Shown one piece after another: positions 48,360 through 57,088 of a DNA stretch of 64,000 nt. The translations under genes and the position numbers were made by a program. Each line of letters starts with the position of its first letter. Position 1 is the first letter of the stretch. The notes under the pieces were generated by a model. It was given only the letters and a program-made list of their open reading frames with translations, searched no databases and had not been told where the DNA came from. Origin of the DNA: a virus. Location: the IMG/VR virus record IMGVR_UViG_3300030104_002421, positions 64,001 through 128,000 of that record. One strand, written 5' to 3'.

Positions 48360-48617
48360 ATGAAACAAAAAACAGTTAGAAACGAATTACTTAAATTCAA
48401 AGACGAACCACTTGACGGTCAGGATTATGAAACTGCCGCTCATTTGATTGCTGGCAGACAGTTTATTGCTGCTGCTAATTTCATTGATAGATTAGATAGT
48501 TTTCCTAGAGACGAAATGAAAATCATTATCGCTAGAACTTGTAAAACTGTCTTCATTGAAATGTTTGACGCTAACCCAGACCTTTACGGTCAAAGATACC
48601 TTTATGGAGGACTATAA
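48360..48617 (+). CDS. Hypothetical early protein
   Basis: RBS AAGGA downstream of the early promoter. Confidence 0.6.
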   Translation: MKQKTVRNELLKFKDEPLDGQDYETAAHLIAGRQFIAAANFIDRLDSFPRDEMKIIIARTCKTVFIEMFDANPDLYGQRYLYGGL

Positions 48618-48618
48618 T

Positions 48619-48828
48619 ATGAGTAAAATTAAAAATTTTATGTTTGATGAAGCTGAAAAAGCTTTAGATGTTTGTTTAGAAAAACTTAAAACAGACACAG
48701 TTGATAATGTCTTAACATACGCTAAGACTTTAAATGTTGATTGGTCTTTTGCAGGATTTACTCCTGACTATGAGAACCACCAAGATTGTTGGGACGAATT
48801 TGAAGACTTTTTATGGGCAAATAAATAG
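48619..48828 (+). CDS. Hypothetical acidic early protein
   Basis: RBS GGAGG; MSKIKNFMFD start. Confidence 0.6.
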   Translation: MSKIKNFMFDEAEKALDVCLEKLKTDTVDNVLTYAKTLNVDWSFAGFTPDYENHQDCWDEFEDFLWANK

Positions 48829-48829
48829 T

Positions 48830-48964
48830 ATGGATAATAAAAATATAATTGAAACAATTAACTATGCCATTAACGATATTAATAATGGCATGGAAGAAAG
48901 TGCCATACAAGAACTAAAAGACCTTGTAAAAAAACTTGAAGAACAAAACGAGGAAAACATATGA
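48830..48964 (+). CDS. Small hypothetical protein
   Basis: 44-aa helical ORF coupled to the next gene. Confidence 0.45.
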   Translation: MDNKNIIETINYAINDINNGMEESAIQELKDLVKKLEEQNEENI

Positions 48965-49620
48965 AATACTTAACCACGATATTAACAATATTTGGTCTAT
49001 ATCTAATTGTATTAGGTTGTAGTCCAAAAGAAATAGAATGTACAGATGATGGTTGTCCAGAATTTGATGTTGATGAAATTACTATACCACCAGTATTAGA
49101 TGACCAAGAGATAAGAGGTGAACTAGATATACAAAAACTAGTGGTACCTGTTATCAGTACAGAAACAAAAGATGATTTTGTTTATTCATTAAACAAATGT
49201 ATTGACCATATATACTCAACATTACCTAGTGAACAACATATACCAAGAGAACTAGTGATTGCTCAAGCAGCAATTGAAACTGGTTGGGGTAAAAGTAGAT
49301 TTGCTAATGAAGGTAATAATTTATTTGGCATTCGTACATTTAACAAAGATGATGAATGGTTATTACCAATCACTTGGGACCAAAACAAATGGATTGGTTG
49401 GGGTGTAAAAGTTTATGCGGACAGATGTGAAAGTGTAAAAGATTATGTACGAATACTTAACGAAGTATGGGCATATGAAGAATTTAGAGAAGTAAGAGAA
49501 AACGGCGGTACTGTTTTTGAATTGGCAGACACATTAACAAAGTATGCTTCTAAACCTACATATACTATTTTAGTTAAAAATATTATAAGACATAATATAT
49601 TAGGTGTATATGAACTCTAA
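48961..49620 (+). CDS. GH73 glucosaminidase (Bax-like), probably a lipoprotein
   Basis: AQAAIETGWGKSRFA..NNLFGI, YA..Y; lipobox VLG-C. Confidence 0.85.
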   Translation: MKYLTTILTIFGLYLIVLGCSPKEIECTDDGCPEFDVDEITIPPVLDDQEIRGELDIQKLVVPVISTETKDDFVYSLNKCIDHIYSTLPSEQHIPRELVIAQAAIETGWGKSRFANEGNNLFGIRTFNKDDEWLLPITWDQNKWIGWGVKVYADRCESVKDYVRILNEVWAYEEFREVRENGGTVFELADTLTKYASKPTYTILVKNIIRHNILGVYEL

Positions 49621-49753
49621 AGAAAAACTATTTTGGCGTAGAGTTGACGCTCTCAAGGCATATCTTAAAAAAACTGAATGTGTTTTACCAGATATGCATG
49701 CCATGTTTAAAATTAAATTGATTTTATTAATGCAAAATGTGAAGGAGTTATAA
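49610..49753 (+). CDS. 47-aa hypothetical protein (not in ORF track)
   Basis: MNSKEKLFWRRVDALK...; fills the gap with TAATG coupling. Confidence 0.45.
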   Translation: MNSKEKLFWRRVDALKAYLKKTECVLPDMHAMFKIKLILLMQNVKEL

Positions 49754-50307
49754 TGAATATTTTTTATCTACATAAGGATCCTCAAATTTGTGCAGAGCAA
49801 CACCTAGATAAACATTGTAGTAAGATGTTGGTAGAGTATGCTCAGTTGATGTCAACAGCACATAGAATAATTGATGGTACAGAATACGAAGGTAGAACAA
49901 AAACAAATCGTAGAATTAAAAGATGGAAACATCCTACTAAAGACAATATATTATATATTGCTTGTCATGTAAATCACCCAAGTGCCGTATGGTGCCGTGA
50001 TAATGCATATAATTATAACTGGTTATACAGAATGTGGTCTCACTTACACGACCAATTTCAATTACGATATGGTAAAAAACATTTATCATATACCTTATTA
50101 CATGAAGCATTGAGAAACCCACCTAAAAATATACCATTAAATAAACCATTTACACAACCTACACAGGCAATGCCTGATGATGTGAAACACGAAGACAGTA
50201 TTACTGCTTATAGAAACTACTATATACATTATAAACATAGTTTTGCTAAATGGAAAAACGGCATGATACCTGAATGGTTTAGTAAAGGAGTTGCAAATGC
50301 TAACTAA
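49753..50307 (+). CDS. Pyrimidine-dimer DNA glycosylase/DenV-related protein
   Basis: MNIFYL..DP..CA..H.DKH..KM..EYAQL, HVNHPS..W, RYGK.H, QAMPD, AYR.YY. Confidence 0.75.
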   Translation: MNIFYLHKDPQICAEQHLDKHCSKMLVEYAQLMSTAHRIIDGTEYEGRTKTNRRIKRWKHPTKDNILYIACHVNHPSAVWCRDNAYNYNWLYRMWSHLHDQFQLRYGKKHLSYTLLHEALRNPPKNIPLNKPFTQPTQAMPDDVKHEDSITAYRNYYIHYKHSFAKWKNGMIPEWFSKGVANAN

Positions 50308-50398
50308 TATATTATTGGGATTAATTTTACTAACACTATTAGGGATAAGTGTTATGATATATGCAATAGGGGAGAAAATAAGTGAAAAAACAAAGTAA
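50297..50398 (+). CDS. 33-aa membrane peptide (not in ORF track)
   Basis: RBS AAGGAG; MLTNILLGLILLTLLGISVMIYAIG... Confidence 0.5.
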   Translation: MLTNILLGLILLTLLGISVMIYAIGEKISEKTK

Positions 50399-50684
50399 AC
50401 AATTTAAAAAAGATGAACCACCAATACCATTTCATTTTAAATTTTATCTTATCTATTGGGAAGATATACAAAGTGATAGTGGGTGGCGAGAACTTAAAGA
50501 TATACAAGCGTCTAAACCGGCAATATGTGTATCTACAGGTTGGTTAGTTAAGAAAGACAAAAAGGTACATATCTTAATGTCAGATTATAATTATGATGAT
50601 AAAGGTGATTTAGCAGATGGTGGCAATACTACAGTTATACCTACCAAAAATGTAATTAAGAAATATGAGATAGAGGGATTATGA
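50382..50684 (+). CDS. Conserved hypothetical protein
   Basis: WEDI.SDSGW, C.STGW, IP. Confidence 0.6.
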   Translation: MKKQSKQFKKDEPPIPFHFKFYLIYWEDIQSDSGWRELKDIQASKPAICVSTGWLVKKDKKVHILMSDYNYDDKGDLADGGNTTVIPTKNVIKKYEIEGL

Positions 50685-51049
50685 GGGAATTTGTAGTTAA
50701 TTGTTGGGACGGTGTGATGAATTTTAATCACAACCCATTAAAAAATATACCAGACTTACAAGTAAGACATTTAATATTACAGATACTAGCATGGATGTGG
50801 TGTATAACTTTTTCACTATTCTTTTCATCATGGTATATCTTTGGCATCTCCGTGGTTGCTCACTTTGTTTTAATATTGGCAATAGTGGTAACTGTGGCAA
50901 CATTTGTATCTACAGAAAGAATGTATAGATTTAAGTCAGGTTATCATTCTTCTAATAGAAGCAGAGGTACTGTATATTATAGAGATATACATGGTAATGC
51001 TTATAAAGTACCATTACCAAAGAATGACCCTGGAGGAGAGCACGATTAA
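50681..51049 (+). CDS. Membrane protein
   Basis: NPLKNIPD..RH..LQILAWMWC; two TM segments. Confidence 0.6.
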   Translation: MREFVVNCWDGVMNFNHNPLKNIPDLQVRHLILQILAWMWCITFSLFFSSWYIFGISVVAHFVLILAIVVTVATFVSTERMYRFKSGYHSSNRSRGTVYYRDIHGNAYKVPLPKNDPGGEHD

Positions 51050-51351
51050 TGCCAACATATAGATTTTATAATACAAAGACAAAAGAAGAATATGAGGAGT
51101 TGATGTCTATTGCAGAAATGGAAACATTAATAAAAAAGAAACATATTACTTTAATGCCACCTACACAGATGAATATTGTAGGAAGTGTAGGACAGTTAGA
51201 TAGTAAAACAGATAGTGGTTGGAAAGAAATGTTAAGTAGAGTTGCAGAAGCACATCCAGAAAGTAATTTAGCTGACAGATATGGTAAGAAAACCAACGCT
51301 CAAATCAAAACTAAACAATTATTGAATAAGTATAGGAAGAAAAAGAAATAA
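51049..51351 (+). CDS. FmdB-like protein (Cys-less variant)
   Basis: MPTY.F....EE.MS; GWKE.L..V; precedes phoH as in related phages. Confidence 0.55.
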   Translation: MPTYRFYNTKTKEEYEELMSIAEMETLIKKKHITLMPPTQMNIVGSVGQLDSKTDSGWKEMLSRVAEAHPESNLADRYGKKTNAQIKTKQLLNKYRKKKK

Positions 51352-51450
51352 ATAGAATTGAGATATTAAACAGCACTAACTTTGTAGGGATATCATATGT
51401 AGCCTGAAGATTGTAAGCTGAGTTTAATCTTAATCCGTGAAGGACATATA

Positions 51451-52164
51451 ATGGTAAGTAAAAAGAAAACATTGGCAATATCATCAAGTGAATTGAATGA
51501 AATTAAACCAATAACAGAAACACAAAAAGAAGTCTTTGCTCAATATAAAGCAGGACAAAATCTATTCTTATACGGTGTAGCAGGAACAGGTAAAACATTT
51601 ATTGCATTATATAATGCTTTAAAAGATGTGTTGGATCCTAAATCACCAAGAGAACGAGTATATATTGTCCGTTCATTGCTTCCAACAAGAGATATAGGTT
51701 TTTTACCTGGTGATGAGGAAGACAAATCATATTTGTATCAAGTGCCTTATCAAAACATGGTACGATTTATGTTTAAACAACCTGATGACAGGTCGTTTGA
51801 CCAGTTGTATATGAATTTAAGAAATCAAGGTACAATTGATTTTCTATCAACAAGTTTTTTAAGAGGTATCACAATAGACAATGGCGTAATCATTGTTGAC
51901 GAATGCCAGAACTTAAATTTCCACGAATTAGACACCATTATGACTAGAGTAGGACAAGATACTAGAGTTATATTTGCAGGTGATATTCAACAAACAGATT
52001 TAACAAAGACAAATGACCGTAATGGTATATTAGACTTTGTAAATATAATGAACCAGATGAATGAGGTAGAATGTATAGAGTTTGGTATACCAGACATTGT
52101 AAGAAGTGGTCTGATAAAATCATATCTCATTCAAAAAATAAAGTTAGGACTCCACTATGAGTAA
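51451..52164 (+). CDS. phoH: PhoH-family ATPase
   Basis: GVAGTGKT, IGFLPG, FLRG, DECQN, TRVG, GD..QTD, DIVRS. Confidence 0.95.
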   Translation: MVSKKKTLAISSSELNEIKPITETQKEVFAQYKAGQNLFLYGVAGTGKTFIALYNALKDVLDPKSPRERVYIVRSLLPTRDIGFLPGDEEDKSYLYQVPYQNMVRFMFKQPDDRSFDQLYMNLRNQGTIDFLSTSFLRGITIDNGVIIVDECQNLNFHELDTIMTRVGQDTRVIFAGDIQQTDLTKTNDRNGILDFVNIMNQMNEVECIEFGIPDIVRSGLIKSYLIQKIKLGLHYE

Positions 52165-52663
52165 TTTTTCAAAAGCATTAGAAATAATATTACACCACGA
52201 AGGTGGTTATGTAAACCACCCAAAAGATCCAGGTGGTGAAACAAATTTAGGTGTTACCAAAAGAGTATATGAAGACTTTGGTGGTACTAAAGATATGAAA
52301 GAGTTAACACAAGCAGATGTTGAACCAATATATAAAAAAAATTATTGGGACAAATGTAAATGTGATGATATGCCAGAGGCATTAGCATTATGTGTATTTG
52401 ATTTTGGCGTAAATGCAGGACCAGGTCGTGCAGCCAAGTATTTACAAACAATGATTGGTACTGTGGCAGATGGCGGCATAGGACCAAATACTTTAAAAGC
52501 ATTAGATAGTTACCTTGAAAGTGAAAGCGTAAAATCTGCTGTAGCTACTTACCAAGCAGAGAGACAAAAATACTATGAAAGTCTATCCACATTTGATACA
52601 TTTGGTAGAGGTTGGACTAGACGAGTAGATGAAACTACGGACAAAGCATTAACACTAATTTAG
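52157..52663 (+). CDS. GH108 endolysin with peptidoglycan-binding domain
   Basis: HEGGYVNHPKDPGGETNLG, DFGVNAG, DG.IGPNTL, FGRGW..R. Confidence 0.93.
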   Translation: MSNFSKALEIILHHEGGYVNHPKDPGGETNLGVTKRVYEDFGGTKDMKELTQADVEPIYKKNYWDKCKCDDMPEALALCVFDFGVNAGPGRAAKYLQTMIGTVADGGIGPNTLKALDSYLESESVKSAVATYQAERQKYYESLSTFDTFGRGWTRRVDETTDKALTLI

Positions 52664-52665
52664 GC

Positions 52666-52694
52666 TTGACTTTTTCACTATATTGTGATATAAT
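52666..52694 (+). promoter_or_regulatory. Sigma70-type promoter
   Basis: TTGACT-N17-TATAAT with TG extension. Confidence 0.75.
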
Positions 52695-52724
52695 ACAGTA
52701 TAGATTAAAGAAAAGGATTATATA

Positions 52725-53414
52725 ATGTTTAATCACATTACCCCAACAGGTGATATGCCACCTTTAAAAGCAAAAAATGTATCAGGTAAAAGATTTTATG
52801 AACACCTGGAAACCAAAGAAGTATATCCTTCTATCACAAGCGTTTTATCTATTAGACAAAAACAAGGTCTTATAGAGTGGCGTAAAAAAGTTGGTGATGA
52901 AGTTGCCAACCATGTTATGATAACTGCTGCCAATAGAGGTACAGCAGTACACAATATGGTAGAGGATTATCTAAACAATCTTAACATAGATGAAAACGAG
53001 AAGTATAAAAAACAATTTCTACCTAGAATGATGTTTCAGGTTCTAAAACCTGAATTACAAAATATAAATAATATTAGGCTACAAGAAGCCCAAATGTACT
53101 CAACAGATTACACCGTGGCAGGTCGTTGCGATTGTATTGGTGAGTATGAAGGCGTACTATCAATTATAGATTTTAAAACATCTAAAGGAGATAAAAAGGA
53201 AGACTGGATAGAAAACTATTTTATTCAAGGTAGTGCTTATGCAGAAATGTACGAAGAACACTTTGGCGAACCTGTAGAACAGGTAGTAATATTAGTTGTA
53301 ACGGAAGAAGGAACAACACAGGTATTTAAGAAAAGTAAAAAAGACTATCTACCTCAATTAAAAGACGCTATAACAGACTTTTACAAATGGGTAGAAAAAA
53401 ATGAAAAAAATTAA
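52725..53414 (+). CDS. PD-(D/E)xK exonuclease
   Basis: YPSITSVL, RGT.VH, AGRCD, IIDFKTS, Q..AY. Confidence 0.88.
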   Translation: MFNHITPTGDMPPLKAKNVSGKRFYEHLETKEVYPSITSVLSIRQKQGLIEWRKKVGDEVANHVMITAANRGTAVHNMVEDYLNNLNIDENEKYKKQFLPRMMFQVLKPELQNINNIRLQEAQMYSTDYTVAGRCDCIGEYEGVLSIIDFKTSKGDKKEDWIENYFIQGSAYAEMYEEHFGEPVEQVVILVVTEEGTTQVFKKSKKDYLPQLKDAITDFYKWVEKNEKN

Positions 53415-53799
53415 AGAACTATCATTGTTAGTATTTTTACTAACATTTATTATAATTGTTTCAGTATGGACAACATCAGCAGCTGCTGAAGGACCAAAGT
53501 ATGATTTATCAAAAATGAAGCAGAGACAAGTACCTGCTTATTGTGGAGATACTGGGTTTATGTTTGAAACATCATTAGAATTATTTAATGAATTACCAAT
53601 TGCAGGTGCTGAAGTTAGAACGGCAGGAATGCCAGATGCTCCAATCATAGGTATCATTACTCTAACTTATAACGAAGATAGAGGTTCAGGTACTGTAATG
53701 ATGACTATACCAGCAATAGGCGAGACATGTGTTCTAGCATATGGTATGAATTGGCAATTTTATAACGAAATTCATGTTGAAGGTAATGAGAGTAAATAG
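53401..53799 (+). CDS. Secreted hypothetical protein
   Basis: Signal peptide; CG...TCVLA.G Cys pair. Confidence 0.55.
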   Translation: MKKIKELSLLVFLLTFIIIVSVWTTSAAAEGPKYDLSKMKQRQVPAYCGDTGFMFETSLELFNELPIAGAEVRTAGMPDAPIIGIITLTYNEDRGSGTVMMTIPAIGETCVLAYGMNWQFYNEIHVEGNESK

Positions 53800-53996
53800 T
53801 ATGGACGGCGGGGCAGTACCGCCCACCTCCACCACAGACACGGGGGTGAAATAGGTTCGACAGCTATTAGAAATCGTGCTGGAGTGGATAGTCCAAAGAC
53901 TTAAAACTAAAATAAAAGCAAACTTTAATGAGTATGCATTAGCAGCGTAGGCTGTTAGGGGTTTGCCTTGTACCTTGCAACAGAAACAAGGCACCA
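53790..53996 (+). ncRNA. ssrA: Circularly permuted two-piece tmRNA, alphaproteobacterial type
   Basis: Acceptor piece GGACGGCGG-GGCAGTA-CCGCC-CACCTCCACCA ends 53834; 7-nt spacer; coding piece starts GGGGGTGAAATAGGTTCGAC at 53842; G3-U70 pair; tag ANFNEYALAA* at 53918-53950; outer ends approximate. Confidence 0.9.
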
Positions 53997-54012
53997 AACA
54001 AAGGAGATTGTT

Positions 54013-54147
54013 ATGATTGAAGTATTAGAAATTTTATTACCAGTTGGTATCATAGTTGCATGTGCTTATGGCATTGGGTATCTATCTGGAAGTGAGGCAA
54101 CAAGAGAAATTTATAACCCAACATTGAGAAAGAATGATTTAAAATGA
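54013..54147 (+). CDS. 44-aa membrane peptide (not in ORF track)
   Basis: RBS AAGGAG; one TM segment; ATGA coupling. Confidence 0.55.
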   Translation: MIEVLEILLPVGIIVACAYGIGYLSGSEATREIYNPTLRKNDLK

Positions 54148-54500
54148 AACAAAGTGATGAGTTTTATCGTCTATTAGATGAAATGAAAAGAGTCCATAAT
54201 CTTAAAAGGCATGATTATGCAAGTAAAGAGGACATCTTTCAAAATTTTAGAACAAGTGAACTAGGTGGTATTCCTGCCTGGAAAAGTGTAGCAATTAGAA
54301 TTGGTGATAAGTTTAGTCGTTTAATGTCCTTTGTAAAACAAGGTGAATTGCATGTAGAAGATGAAACAATTGGTGATACTCTTATTGACATGGCTAACTA
54401 TGCTTTAATTTGTCATATATTATTTTATGAACAAAAACTTAAAAACCTAAGCGCTGACGCTGATGAACTGACGGAGCGTTTACTGGAGAAACATAGATGA
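54144..54500 (+). CDS. Nucleotide-modification-associated domain 1 (DUF1599-like) protein
   Basis: K.HDY, NF, RIGDK.SRL, E...DTLIDMANYA. Confidence 0.75.
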   Translation: MKQSDEFYRLLDEMKRVHNLKRHDYASKEDIFQNFRTSELGGIPAWKSVAIRIGDKFSRLMSFVKQGELHVEDETIGDTLIDMANYALICHILFYEQKLKNLSADADELTERLLEKHR

Positions 54501-54709
54501 CACCTAAACAATTCGCTCTTGTAATTGAAAAGAGGGCAAGTACAAAGAAGATAACACACATGGATGCTATACTAAACTATTGTGAAGAAAAACAAATAGA
54601 ACCAGACCAGATTACACATTTAATAAATAGAAACCTGAAAGAAAAGATTAAGGCTAATGCACAGGACTTAAATTTTCTTCCAAAAACGGCAGCATTGCCA
54701 GGAGTATAA
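54497..54709 (+). CDS. gp33: Late transcription coactivator gp33
   Basis: F...IE, MDAIL.YCE, LKEKI..A..LNFL; synteny with gp59. Confidence 0.88.
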   Translation: MTPKQFALVIEKRASTKKITHMDAILNYCEEKQIEPDQITHLINRNLKEKIKANAQDLNFLPKTAALPGV

Positions 54710-54711
54710 AA

Positions 54712-54780
54712 ATGGAACCAGCAACAATATCATTAGTTATATTTGGTACCCTATGGATTGTAGGCGTATTAAGTAACTAA
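54712..54780 (+). CDS. 22-aa hydrophobic peptide (not in ORF track)
   Basis: RBS AGGAG; MEPATISLVIFGTLWIVGVLSN fills the gap exactly. Confidence 0.4.
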   Translation: MEPATISLVIFGTLWIVGVLSN

Positions 54781-54782
54781 TT

Positions 54783-55364
54783 ATGAAAGAAGGATATGAG
54801 GCATACAAGAAATACCTTGCTATTAAATTACATTTTACTAAAGATGAATTTGATTTTTTCAAATATGGTGGAACGACTAAGGCAAAATATGAAACCTTCA
54901 CACAAAGAAATGATAGATACTTTTTTGTCAAGGCAGCCAGAAAATACGGTGACGAAATTGTTGATTATTTTGTCAGTAACTATATAGCAAACAAAACGCC
55001 ATATATAAAAGATATGAATGAGGATTCATATTTAGATTGGCGTAAGAGAATAGATGGTTTAACATATTATTTTAAGATTGATATGGAAAAACTATTGAAG
55101 AAAACTGATGGAGATTTTGATAAGTTATTTAAGTGTTATAGAAGACAACACCCACCTATACTAAAGATGTATATGGCAAAAAAGATAACACTTGAAACTA
55201 TGTGTATATTAGAAACTATATTGAACTATAGTAAATCACTAGACAAAAATATAGATGAAACATACATATGGCCGACAGTTAAACAAAAGATTATGAAGTA
55301 CAGACCTTTTGTTAAATTTAATATGGAAAGAATGAAACTTGAATTGAGGAAAATGTTAACATGA
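54783..55364 (+). CDS. gp59: Helicase loader gp59
   Basis: YLAIKLHF..DFFKY.G, R.DRYFF, I.LET, KY.PF. Confidence 0.9.
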   Translation: MKEGYEAYKKYLAIKLHFTKDEFDFFKYGGTTKAKYETFTQRNDRYFFVKAARKYGDEIVDYFVSNYIANKTPYIKDMNEDSYLDWRKRIDGLTYYFKIDMEKLLKKTDGDFDKLFKCYRRQHPPILKMYMAKKITLETMCILETILNYSKSLDKNIDETYIWPTVKQKIMKYRPFVKFNMERMKLELRKMLT

Positions 55365-55882
55365 GAATACCATTTACATTAAAAGAGAGAGATTATATAA
55401 TGAGTGAGGACTTTCCTTGGTATCTAGGAATACACACAAGCGACCCTAAGCATACAACAACAATACAATTACCAAACACTAAAGAAGTGCCTATGCTAAC
55501 ACACCAAATATATAATCGTGGTAAAGAGCATAGCAATTTGGCGCCAAGTATATTAGAACAAATCAAAGAAGTAACAAACTACAAAAAAATTTTAAGAGTA
55601 AAATTTAACTTACTCTTACAACAAGAACGAAAAACAATTCATCCGCCACATGTAGATTGGGATATACCACATAAAGTATTTCTACACTATATTTGTGGTG
55701 ATGGTTGCACAATATTATATAAACAAAAGTGGCAAGGTTTTCCAACAACAGATTTAACAAAAGACATGGAGATACACCCTATAGAAAATACTGGTGTCTT
55801 CTTTGATGGTGAGACTTTTCATACAAGTACAAGTCCAGTAAAAGAACCAAGACGAATAGTAATGAATGTAGATTATGAATAA
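55361..55882 (+). CDS. 2OG-Fe(II) oxygenase-like protein
   Basis: FPWY, RVKFNL, PHVD, FDG..FH, R. Confidence 0.75.
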   Translation: MRIPFTLKERDYIMSEDFPWYLGIHTSDPKHTTTIQLPNTKEVPMLTHQIYNRGKEHSNLAPSILEQIKEVTNYKKILRVKFNLLLQQERKTIHPPHVDWDIPHKVFLHYICGDGCTILYKQKWQGFPTTDLTKDMEIHPIENTGVFFDGETFHTSTSPVKEPRRIVMNVDYE

Positions 55883-56444
55883 CCATCATGTTTTTGGTAA
55901 TGGCACAAGCAGATTATCTATTGACATTGATAAACTTGAAGGTACGAAATATGGTTGCAATGCAATTTATAGAGATTATTATACAGACTATCTTATTGGT
56001 AAAGATAAAAATATATGTTCAGAAATATTGGCGTCAGAATGTTGGCAAGACAGAAAAGTTGTAATGCAAACACAATGGCGTAATGACAGTTTAGTACGAG
56101 AGGCATATGAACATATTACATGGTGGAAAGATATAGTGGGTACAAATGATTATACAGATTGTGGTAGTGTTGCATTGACAATCGCTTCACAAAATGCAAG
56201 TGATAATAATGACAAATATATATACATGTATGGTATGGACTTTGATGACCCCAATAGCAATAAGATTAATAACATATATCACGGTACAAGAAATTATATT
56301 GGTAGAATGGGTCAACGAAAAGGTGTAACAAAAGAGTTTATGAGAGTGTTTGATATATACAAAGATTTAAGATATGTACATGTAAACACTAGAATGCCAG
56401 AACAATTGGCAGATAAGGATAATGTATTATGGCAGATGATATAA
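55875..56444 (+). CDS. GNGxSR/GCNA-motif protein (sialyltransferase/MptE-like Rossmannoid fold)
   Basis: VFGNGTSR, YGCNAIYRD, G..A, MYGMDF. Confidence 0.55.
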   Translation: MNNHHVFGNGTSRLSIDIDKLEGTKYGCNAIYRDYYTDYLIGKDKNICSEILASECWQDRKVVMQTQWRNDSLVREAYEHITWWKDIVGTNDYTDCGSVALTIASQNASDNNDKYIYMYGMDFDDPNSNKINNIYHGTRNYIGRMGQRKGVTKEFMRVFDIYKDLRYVHVNTRMPEQLADKDNVLWQMI

Positions 56445-57088
56445 GAGTTGAATTTAGTAACACGGAAGTTATTAACTTTACAGCGTGTCCTATATTTCAC
56501 ACAAGCACAGACTTTAGATTAACTGATGATGAAATGCAAATACTCACGGAAGAGACTGGTGGCACACGGTTAGGCGATGGTATATATAGAGGAAAAGCAC
56601 AAATAAGTAATAATCACAATGTATTAGACACACCCGGACTTGAAAGAGTACAACGATTTATGTTGCAGACAGGACAACACTTTGTAAAGAATACACTAGA
56701 AATAGAGAATGAGTTTTATCTAACACAAACATGGTTTACAAGAAACGATAAAGAAAGTGCTCATCATACACATACACACCCAAACAGTATTTTAGCGATG
56801 GTCTATTATCCTCAATGTGAAAGTGGTGACATGGTAGTATCAGTAGAAAAAAATAATATGTTTCCACATTTTGATTTCAATTGGAAATTATCCAAATATA
56901 ATAATTTCAATGCTAAGTCATGGTCAATACAAGTACGAACTGGTGATGTAGTAATTTTTCCAGGTTATGTTGCACACAAAACAACACCAAATGAAAGTGA
57001 TACAGTACGATATGCTTTGGGTGCTAATTTCTTTACAAGAGGCACATTTGGTACATATGAGAACACAGATTTATTGGAGTTGAAATGA
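56429..57088 (+). CDS. Putative 2OG-Fe(II) oxygenase (TIGR02466-like)
   Basis: HTHPNS, GDVVIFPG..H, RYALGAN. Confidence 0.82.
   Translation: MADDIRVEFSNTEVINFTACPIFHTSTDFRLTDDEMQILTEETGGTRLGDGIYRGKAQISNNHNVLDTPGLERVQRFMLQTGQHFVKNTLEIENEFYLTQTWFTRNDKESAHHTHTHPNSILAMVYYPQCESGDMVVSVEKNNMFPHFDFNWKLSKYNNFNAKSWSIQVRTGDVVIFPGYVAHKTTPNESDTVRYALGANFFTRGTFGTYENTDLLELK

Noticed and set aside
51404-51410. CTGAAGA resembling a hammerhead CUGANGA core
   Set aside because: No stem II followed by GAAA in the required position.
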